DNA of 64,000 bases from a virus (lineage: Duplodnaviria > Caudoviricetes). The notes under the pieces were generated by a model. That model was not told the DNA's origin. It saw only the letters and a program-made list of their open reading frames with translations, and made no database searches. The stretch lies in the IMG/VR virus record IMGVR_UViG_3300033121_002354, positions 1 to 64,000 of that record; one strand, given 5' to 3'. The position numbers and the translations under genes were made by a program. How positions within the stretch are numbered: position 1 is the first letter of the stretch; every line of letters starts with the position of its first letter. Below are positions 8,650 to 14,388 of the stretch, one piece after another.

Positions 8650-8720
8650 TGGCTTATGGTGTAACGGTAGCACGGGAGATTTTGAATCTTTTAGTCAAGG
8701 TTCGAATCCTTGTAGGCCAG
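8650..8720 (+). tRNA. tRNA-Gln(TTG)
   Basis: TGGCTTA/TAGGCCA (U1-A72); GGAGA-TTTTGAA-TCTTT. Confidence 0.93.
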
Positions 8721-8724
8721 TTAC

Positions 8725-8797
8725 AGTCTCGTAACTCAATTGGCAGAGTGTCTGCTTTACATGCAGAATGTTACAGGTTCAAGTCCTGTCGAGACTA
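8725..8797 (+). tRNA. tRNA-Val(TAC)
   Basis: AGTCTCG/CGAGACT; TCTGC-TTTACAT-GCAGA. Confidence 0.95.
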
Positions 8798-8802
8798 AAT
8801 AC

Positions 8803-8876
8803 CAGAGCGTAGCCTAGTTGGTTCAGGCACTTGATTTGGGGTCAAGACCACGCAGGTTCGAGTCCTGCCGCTCTGA
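8803..8876 (+). tRNA. tRNA-Pro(TGG)
   Basis: CAGAGCG/CGCTCTG; CTTGA-TTTGGGG-TCAAG. Confidence 0.95.
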
Positions 8877-8878
8877 TT

Positions 8879-8952
8879 GTGACTGTAGCTTAATTGGATA
8901 GAGCACTGCCTTGTGACGGCGGGGGTTGTCGGTTCAAATCCGACCAGTCACC
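8879..8952 (+). tRNA. tRNA-His(GTG)
   Basis: GTGACTG/CAGTCAC, C73; CTGCC-TTGTGAC-GGCGG; base at -1 is T. Confidence 0.93.
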
Positions 8953-9338
8953 TTTAGTTCTTTAAAAGTTGGACGTTTCCATTTTGTTATAGAGTTTGTC
9001 AAGCCGGATTCAGAACTAATTATTGGTGACTTGCCAGTATAAATGGTACTAAATGCAACTTTGATACAATGTTTATTTTCATCGTAAAAGCATTCATAAT
9101 AATCGGAAGTGTTTAAATAGGCAAGTAAACTGGAAATTTGGTCACGTGTAAATACAATGTGTTCAATATATTCAACCCATCCTAAATCGATTCCAATTTC
9201 TGTCTCACTAATCAAACATATCCAAGAGAGTGTTCTATTTGCGAGTTTTTCAAGAGCATCTTTAAAATATTTCCATCTGTTTTCTGGTTCAATTAATTCG
9301 TCCAAAAAATGTGCTATTTTAAAATCTATATTTTCCAT
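8934..9338 (-). CDS. Hypothetical protein
   Basis: 134 aa; GTATAAT-N5-ATG upstream; 3' end overlaps tRNA-His on the opposite strand. Confidence 0.6.
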   Translation of the reverse strand: MENIDFKIAHFLDELIEPENRWKYFKDALEKLANRTLSWICLISETEIGIDLGWVEYIEHIVFTRDQISSLLAYLNTSDYYECFYDENKHCIKVAFSTIYTGKSPIISSESGLTNSITKWKRPTFKELKVTGRI

Positions 9339-9357
9339 GTGTAATTATACATTCTAA

Positions 9358-9449
9358 TACCGGGAGCAAGATTTGAACTTGCGATCTGCTGATTATGATT
9401 CAGTTGCTTTAAGCCACGGTATTCTCAGTTCAAATCGGAGCAGAGACAT
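9358..9449. pseudogene. Two tRNA 3' fragments fused back to back
   Basis: Minus 9358-9415: D-loop GG through ATCATAA loop, T-arm GCAAG-TTCAAAT-CTTGC, TCCCGGT-A. Plus ~9414-9448: CCACG-GTATT-CTCAG-TTCAAAT-CGGAG-CAGAGAC-A. Both lack 5' acceptor strands. Confidence 0.6.
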
Positions 9450-10099
9450 TATAAAACTTCAAGTGCTTTATCAAGCATAATTTTGACTAAGTTGCTATCT
9501 ACCTTTCCTTTAGTGATTTTCATAATTTTCCCTAAAAGAAATGGTTTAATTTTATCTCCTTTTTTTCCTTTAAAGTCTGCAATAGCTTCTGGATTTTCTG
9601 AAATAACTTGAGTTATTATATTAGGTAAATCACTTCTATTTTCTATAAAAAGATTGTATTTTTCTGCTATTTGCATTGGCATTTCTTTTGAAGCTAAACA
9701 TTTTTCAGCGATTATAGCGGCATTTTGTGGAGAAATTTTAGATTCATCAACCATAGATGCTATTTGTATAAAATGATCTACAGACAGTTTAAGTCCACTA
9801 ATTTTGCAGTTTTGTTTTTTGGCTATATTTGTCCAGAATCCCAAAAATTGTTTAATAACTATATTTGGATTTACTTTTGTACACAGATACATAAACAAAT
9901 CTACTGTGTCTAGATCTGTATTTATGACTACAACTTCTTTTTGCGTTAATTTATAGAGATCACATAATTGTTTATCTCTTTGGATTGGAGTTATAAATTT
10001 ATTTTTAGCGATTCTATTTTCTAATGATTCGTATGGTGTTTTTGGGGTAGAATCTGTTAATTCTTTTAATTTATTTTGTAAAAATTCTTTATATTCCAT
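9449..10099 (-). CDS. Stand-alone GatB C-terminal (GatB/YqeY) tRNA-binding domain protein
   Basis: KISPQNAAIIAE...IITQVISENPEAIADFKG...FLLGKIMKITKGKVDSNLV matches the GatB helical/tail region; no catalytic N-terminal domain. Confidence 0.8.
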   Translation of the reverse strand: MEYKEFLQNKLKELTDSTPKTPYESLENRIAKNKFITPIQRDKQLCDLYKLTQKEVVVINTDLDTVDLFMYLCTKVNPNIVIKQFLGFWTNIAKKQNCKISGLKLSVDHFIQIASMVDESKISPQNAAIIAEKCLASKEMPMQIAEKYNLFIENRSDLPNIITQVISENPEAIADFKGKKGDKIKPFLLGKIMKITKGKVDSNLVKIMLDKALEVL

Positions 10100-10116
10100 G
10101 TTTAATTATACTATAA

Positions 10117-10189
10117 TAGTGGCGACTGGAATCGAACCAGTGACTTTTGGATTATGATTCCAATGTTCTTCCAACTGAACTACGCCACT
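10117..10189 (-). tRNA. tRNA-Met(CAT), elongator type
   Basis: AGTGGCG/CGCCACT; TTGGA-ATCATAA-TCCAA; Ile2 identity not excluded. Confidence 0.88.
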
Positions 10190-10193
10190 ATAA

Positions 10194-10281
10194 CTGCGGG
10201 AGTTGGAATCGAACCAACGTGGGAGACAAGCTCCGAACGGTTAACAGCCGTTTGCAGACTACCAACATCTGCGGTCCCGCA
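10194..10281 (-). tRNA. tRNA-Asn(GTT) with long variable arm
   Basis: TGCGGGA/TCCCGCA, G73; AACGG-CTGTTAA-CCGTT; V-arm GGAG-CTTGT-CTCC. Confidence 0.85.
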
Positions 10282-10282
10282 T

Positions 10283-10354
10283 TGGGAATCACCAGAATCG
10301 AACTGGTCTAATCGGTGCTTCAAACCGATGCTCTACCGTCTAAGCTAGATTCCC
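10283..10354 (-). tRNA. tRNA-Phe(GAA)
   Basis: GGGAATC/GATTCCC; TCGGT-TTGAAGC-ACCGA. Confidence 0.92.
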
Positions 10355-10359
10355 GTAAA

Positions 10360-10431
10360 AGCTAACGGTGGGAATCGAACCCACGTAGTCCTGTTTACGA
10401 GACAGGTGCATAACCACTCTGCCACATTAGC
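10360..10431 (-). tRNA. tRNA-Thr(CGT)
   Basis: GCTAATG/CGTTAGC; CCTGT-CTCGTAA-ACAGG. Confidence 0.92.
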
Positions 10432-10437
10432 GTTAAA

Positions 10438-10509
10438 TGGAGCCACAGGGAGTCAAACCCTGAATTTCGCTGTGCAAGAGCGATATTTTATCAGTTAAAT
10501 TATGGCCCC
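10438..10509 (-). tRNA. tRNA-Ala(TGC), divergent D and T loops
   Basis: GGGGCCA/TGGCTCC with G3:U70; TCGCT-CTTGCAC-AGCGA; T-loop TTTGACT. Confidence 0.85.
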
Positions 10510-10513
10510 AAAA

Positions 10514-10586
10514 TTGGTGCGGGTGGAATTGGACCACCGACCTATTTGTTATCAGCAAATTGCTCTACCAACTGAGCTACGCACCA
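10514..10586 (-). tRNA. tRNA-Ile(GAT)
   Basis: TGGTGCG/CGCACCA; ATTTG-CTGATAA-CAAAT; T-loop TCCAATT. Confidence 0.9.
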
Positions 10587-10659
10587 AGTGAGTGATGGGA
10601 GTCGAACCCATATGATTTTGCTTGGCTAGCAAATGCCTGACCAATTAGGCTACACTCAC
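10587..10659 (-). tRNA. tRNA-Gly(GCC) with A33
   Basis: GTGAGTG/CACTCAC, U73; TTTGC-TAGCCAA-GCAAA. Confidence 0.8.
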
Positions 10660-10664
10660 AATAC

Positions 10665-10692
10665 CGGGCACGAAAGGATTCGAACCTTTTGC
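10665..10692 (-). pseudogene. 3' fragment of split tRNA (probably Ser)
   Basis: AAAGG-TTCGAAT-CCTTT-CGTGCCC-G; acceptor strand pairs with GGGCATG at 11596-11602. Confidence 0.8.
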
Positions 10693-10702
10693 AAAAAAAA
10701 AA

Positions 10703-10791
10703 CGGCGTGAGAAGGATTCCAACCTTCAAATCACTTTTGTGATCCGTCGAATAGCAATCGACTTCCCCGCAGCAATGAGGACAGTCACGCC
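10703..10791 (-). tRNA. tRNA-Ser(GCT), divergent
   Basis: GGCGTGA/TCACGCC, G73; GTCGA-TTGCTAT-TCGAC; long V-arm GATCAC-AAAA-GTGATT; atypical D-arm and T-loop TTGGAAT. Confidence 0.8.
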
Positions 10792-11510
10792 ATATTGATT
10801 AGTTCTTTTTTTCCAAATGTTCCATTTTTCATGCCGTAAATTTCGTTTTTACGTAATACTATTAATTTGTGCGGAAAATACAACCATTTTGCTCTGTCCT
10901 TTTCTGTTGCATATCCTTTAACTTCTATATAGCATTCTAAATCTTTTATAAAAAAATCTGGAGTGTAAAATCTGTATTTCCCATCAAAATAGTAAATAAA
11001 TCTATTTTTGTTGCGTTGCCAATAAAACGCCCATTCATCTAAACTTTGTGCAGTTTTTAATTCCCATGTTCCATCTACCATTATTTTTCCTGCAATCTGG
11101 CTATTGTATTCTATTTTTTTGCACCTTCCAGCTTTAGGCAACCATCCTGCAGCATATCGCTTGTTTATTGACTCGCTAATTTTTTGACACCTTTCTTTTT
11201 CTTTTTCAGCAGTCTGTCCTAGACCAGAGCATCGACCGCGTAAAGCGGCAGACATTTTTTCTCTAATTTCTTTTGCTCTTTCTGATCCATAAGATTCTTC
11301 ATAACTCTTACCTTTGTTTGGTGGCTCTTTTCCTAAACGTGGTCTATGAGGCTCAGTTTTGTTTTTAAGGAATAGAGGAATATGCCCTTTTTTACTCTCA
11401 CTATCTTTTTTCCTTTTTGCAGGGCATTTATTTACATTTTCAGAGCAACAATAATTTCCATTTTTAAATTGGTGAATCGCGTCTAATCCACAACCATAAT
11501 TACACTTCAT
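10785..11510 (-). CDS. Putative homing endonuclease (NUMOD-like DNA-binding region plus PD-(D/E)XK domain)
   Basis: N-terminal CNYGCG...CCSE..CP; PPNKGKSYEESYG.ERAKEIREKMS; FYTPDFFI...YIEVKG. Confidence 0.75.
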   Translation of the reverse strand: MKCNYGCGLDAIHQFKNGNYCCSENVNKCPAKRKKDSESKKGHIPLFLKNKTEPHRPRLGKEPPNKGKSYEESYGSERAKEIREKMSAALRGRCSGLGQTAEKEKERCQKISESINKRYAAGWLPKAGRCKKIEYNSQIAGKIMVDGTWELKTAQSLDEWAFYWQRNKNRFIYYFDGKYRFYTPDFFIKDLECYIEVKGYATEKDRAKWLYFPHKLIVLRKNEIYGMKNGTFGKKELINMA

Positions 11511-11512
11511 TA

Positions 11513-11543
11513 GATTCTCCTAAAACATATTATTAGGAGAATC
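11513..11543 (-). promoter_or_regulatory. Hairpin sequestering the endonuclease RBS
   Basis: GATTCTCCTAA-9 nt-TTAGGAGAATC, perfect 11-bp stem ending 2 nt before ATG. Confidence 0.75.
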
Positions 11544-11567
11544 GTTTAAATATCCTGTATAAATATT

Positions 11568-11602
11568 CAAACTGCTGGTTTCACCCGCTCACCCACATGC
11601 CC
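11568..11602 (-). pseudogene. 5' fragment of split tRNA (probably Ser-GCT)
   Basis: GGGCATG-TG-GGT-GAGCGGGTGAA-ACC-A-GCAGT-TTG, breaking in the anticodon loop. Confidence 0.8.
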
Positions 11603-11605
11603 AAA

Positions 11606-11693
11606 CGGATGGAGGAGGAGTCGAACCCCCAAACCCCCTTTCAGAGATTGTCGCTTTTCAAAAGCGGTGGGCCTGCCAATGCCCAATCCATCC
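11606..11693 (-). tRNA. tRNA-Ser(TGA)
   Basis: GGATGGA/TCCATCC, G73; CGCT-TTTGAAA-AGCG; long V-arm. Confidence 0.9.
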
Positions 11694-11699
11694 AGAAAA

Positions 11700-11783
11700 T
11701 GCACAGTGATGGACTCGAACCACCGCAGCCCCGAAGGGCATCTGAGATACAGTCAGACGCAATTGCCGCTCTGCCAACTGTGC
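11700..11783 (-). tRNA. tRNA-Tyr(GTA)
   Basis: GCACAGT/ACTGTGC; TCTGA-CTGTATC-TCAGA; V-arm GCCC-TTCG-GGGC. Confidence 0.9.
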
Positions 11784-11811
11784 AAAATATATTCACTTTT
11801 TAAAGATCTAC

Positions 11812-11882
11812 AGACACAGGTGAGAGTCGAACTCACGATCACAGTTTTGCAGACTGTTGCCTTGCCACTTGGCTACTGCGTC
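11812..11882 (-). tRNA. tRNA-Cys(GCA)
   Basis: GACGCAG/CTGTGTC, U73; ACAGT-CTGCAAA-ACTGT. Confidence 0.95.
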
Positions 11883-11889
11883 AGTACAC

Positions 11890-12033
11890 AAAAAAAGCCC
11901 CGATAAACTTTTTTGTTTACCGGAGCTTGCTGTGCCTTTGTGATTTCAGCCAATCTACATTAGGCGTAGCTCCGGTGCGTTAGTGGCGGCGTTATTACCG
12001 CAACTATACCCTGTAAATGAGCTACACATAATG
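11890..12033 (-). promoter_or_regulatory. Ribosome-dependent transcription attenuator B
   Basis: 1:2 = 12019-12033/11958-11972 (14 of 15); 2:3 core ACCGGAGCT 11968-11976 / AGCTCCGGT 11919-11927; 3:4 terminator 11915-11928/11895-11908 (14 bp) plus T7, ending 7 nt before tRNA-Cys. Confidence 0.85.
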
Positions 12034-12050
12034 GACTGCTGACGTTTCAT
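11955..12050 (-). CDS. Leader peptide B (MKRQQSIMCSSFTGYSCGNNAATNAPELRLM); not in ORF track
   Basis: 31 codons; ATG 6 nt after a -10 box; composition mirrors the downstream tRNAs. Confidence 0.82.
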   Translation of the reverse strand: MKRQQSIMCSSFTGYSCGNNAATNAPELRLM

Positions 12051-12056
12051 GCTTGT

Positions 12057-12085
12057 ATACTACCCTATTTTTCGTCCTGGGGCAA
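12057..12085 (-). promoter_or_regulatory. Sigma70-type promoter of leader B / tRNA operon
   Basis: TTGCCC-17 nt-TAGTAT-6 nt-ATG (leaderless). Confidence 0.65.
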
Positions 12086-12320
12086 GTAAAATCCTTTAAA
12101 AATTTTTGAACATCTTTTGATTTTATTTTTCATCTATTTTATATTTCGAAGATGAAAAAGATAAATATTGATGAGTTAAGCGATTTTCGTGGAACTTTAG
12201 GAGAGTTTAGAAGAATCGTAAATCGACTTATAAAAAAATATGGAACAGAATCTAAGATCGAATTTGACGCTGGATATAACAATGTAGAAGTTCTTATACA
12301 GACAGAAAAAAAGGAATAAT

Positions 12321-12707
12321 ATGGAGTTAGACCCAATTATAGAAGAATGTCGTGATCTTTTAAAAGATAATAAATATGAAATAACAGAGAATGGTCTTAC
12401 ACTCACTGTGATTATGCATATGTCTTTGCCAAAATTAAGAGCAGACATAAGAGACGTTCATTTTAAGGGTGATTTTAATAATTTCTTATTTCCATCTATT
12501 TTAAGCACTATAAACATAAGAATAGTAGGACAGGGTTTGGAAGAAACGATATTAAAACTTAGTGGTTTTAAAGAGCGTGTTAAGAAGTTCAAAAAGAAAT
12601 TAGGAGAAGTTGCATTTGCTTATGATGAAAAAAACTGGGATCAGGTCCGTAATATGGTTGTAGATAAAGCAGTTAACTTGCATCAAAAATCAATGGGATA
12701 TGTATAG
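12321..12707 (+). CDS. Hypothetical protein
   Basis: 128 aa, AAGGA RBS. Confidence 0.6.
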   Translation: MELDPIIEECRDLLKDNKYEITENGLTLTVIMHMSLPKLRADIRDVHFKGDFNNFLFPSILSTINIRIVGQGLEETILKLSGFKERVKKFKKKLGEVAFAYDEKNWDQVRNMVVDKAVNLHQKSMGYV

Positions 12708-12908
12708 TTAGTCTATATATCTTATATTTGGGCAAGGAGGTTCATTGTGGCTTTTGGCATATATTTATTATGTTTAATTGATTTTGGGATATTAGCAGCT
12801 TTGTGTGGTATTTTGTATTTTATGTGGTTATTTTATACAAAGATTTTCAATCAAGATGGGACAATAGATATTTCTGAAGTTTTTCCTACGAGTTGGTTAA
12901 TGAAATAA

Positions 12909-13367
12909 TTACTCATTTTCTTTTGCCACTAAATTCCAGCCATTATTATATGAGTAATAAGAGATTATGTCCTCTTGTACAACTTTAATCAACGTACAAG
13001 ATGACATGGGTACAGTAATGCAGCATATGCTTCCTTGTTGCGGAAGCATATCAAAATATGTCAGTTTACCATTATCGTATTTTACTGTTATGCTAAAATC
13101 GAAAGGATTTTTGTTTCTAGTAACATTTTCGTAGGAATGAAAATACCCTGCTTTTTCTTCATATTCTGAGTGAGAAGGACATTTCTCTGGCAGATTAAAA
13201 CATAGTTTTTCATCGCCATGAAACAACGTTACATCTGTTTCCCTAAGAGAAATAAGGAAGTGAGCCATTTCCTTATGACTCATTCCTTTAACTGTATTAG
13301 CTGCAGCTTTTGGTATTTGTGGTACAGCTAACGCTACGCTGGTCGCTATAAATTCTCTTCTGTTCAT
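12909..13367 (-). CDS. Hypothetical protein with Tat-like signal
   Basis: MNRREFIATSVALAVPQIPKAAA; GAGGT RBS. Confidence 0.65.
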   Translation of the reverse strand: MNRREFIATSVALAVPQIPKAAANTVKGMSHKEMAHFLISLRETDVTLFHGDEKLCFNLPEKCPSHSEYEEKAGYFHSYENVTRNKNPFDFSITVKYDNGKLTYFDMLPQQGSICCITVPMSSCTLIKVVQEDIISYYSYNNGWNLVAKENE

Positions 13368-13416
13368 CTTAACCTCTTTGGGTGGAATTGTTGCGGTTTA
13401 ATCGTATAATATGTGT

Positions 13417-13800
13417 ATGAAAACATTCATATGCAACTTATGTGGAAAGAGACATCGTTTAACCAGAGAAGATACATGGGTCCATAAGTGTGGTCTTGTG
13501 GTAGTTGGCACTAAATATGACAAAAGCACTATAGTTGAAGATCGCACTTTTGAATTCAAGAAAGTAACATTCTATCAAGAACAAGATAGAGCTTCCATGA
13601 ACTCGTTATTTGTAGAGTTAGTAAAACGGGGAGCCAATCCAAAGGAATTGTCTATTGGGTGTGGCAATCCGTTTTATGGCAAAATATACAACAAAACTCT
13701 TGTTGTTCATACCAATGAGAACTTGGCAATTCCGTTGTTCTGGGATGATTTCGTAGTATTAAAAGAGCCAAGTCTTGAAATAACAGACTTATACGACTAG
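13417..13800 (+). CDS. Hypothetical protein with N-terminal zinc ribbon
   Basis: CNLCG...HKCG; ATG 6 nt after TATAAT. Confidence 0.6.
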   Translation: MKTFICNLCGKRHRLTREDTWVHKCGLVVVGTKYDKSTIVEDRTFEFKKVTFYQEQDRASMNSLFVELVKRGANPKELSIGCGNPFYGKIYNKTLVVHTNENLAIPLFWDDFVVLKEPSLEITDLYD

Positions 13801-14379
13801 TTTTTGTTTTTTCGCGGCTGCAGCCTTCTTAAATTCTCCGAGATAGCTTGCATATGGTTCCATGTCGTTGCACGATCTTAAAAATTGGATGATCAAATTT
13901 ATAGTTGTTGATATCTTTTTACCTCTCATTGAGATCAATATAGCCTCTCCCATATTTCCGAAGCAAACCGTTCCAGAATTGAATACGTGTGGATGATGCA
14001 TTACGTATCCGTCGTATCTAATTGTTTGTGTTTTGTTTATAACATTAATTGCCCCTGTTGTTTTTATTTCGATCAAAAATTCTCCTATGGGGCAATTTCC
14101 AATTGAAATCATGCTGGTCGTGACACTGATTGTGTTGTTGTCGATAGAAACATCGGTTATCATTGGGCTTTTTATAAGTTTAGAAAATTCAGCTTCTAAT
14201 ATAGCATCATCGGTACTGGTTTGTTCAAAACCCATTATTCGTCTAATTTGGTTTATTGTGTCAGATATCTGGGTTAAAACCTTTTCTGCATTATCTTTAT
14301 GGTTCTTTATAGATTTGGTGTTACCCGGTTCGCATGTGCATAGAGATGTAAAAAGGTGCAGTTCTGTATCTTCTGTCAT
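13789..14379 (-). CDS. Prokaryotic E2 (ubiquitin-conjugating)-like protein
   Basis: HHPHVFNSGTVCFGN resembles the E2 HP-x-x...G-x-x-C signature. Confidence 0.55.
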   Translation of the reverse strand: MTEDTELHLFTSLCTCEPGNTKSIKNHKDNAEKVLTQISDTINQIRRIMGFEQTSTDDAILEAEFSKLIKSPMITDVSIDNNTISVTTSMISIGNCPIGEFLIEIKTTGAINVINKTQTIRYDGYVMHHPHVFNSGTVCFGNMGEAILISMRGKKISTTINLIIQFLRSCNDMEPYASYLGEFKKAAAAKKQKLVV

Positions 14380-14388
14380 TTTTTATCC

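Noticed and set aside
10665-11602. Group I intron or spliced tRNA
   Set aside because: The 3' piece lacks the anticodon-stem 3' strand and variable arm, so splicing would not restore a tRNA; no intron core seen, and the insert is filled by an ORF and a tRNA.
8319-11906. ORF-track entries 8319, 8595, 10154, 11597 and 11667
   Set aside because: They overlap tRNA genes and are by-products of GC-rich tRNA sequence.
11890-12050. T-box or metabolite riboswitch explanation for the terminators upstream of the tRNA arrays
   Set aside because: No GGTGGNACC-type T-box antiterminator motif in either leader; an ORF overlapping helices 1 and 2 fits classical attenuation better. An Rfam scan was not run.
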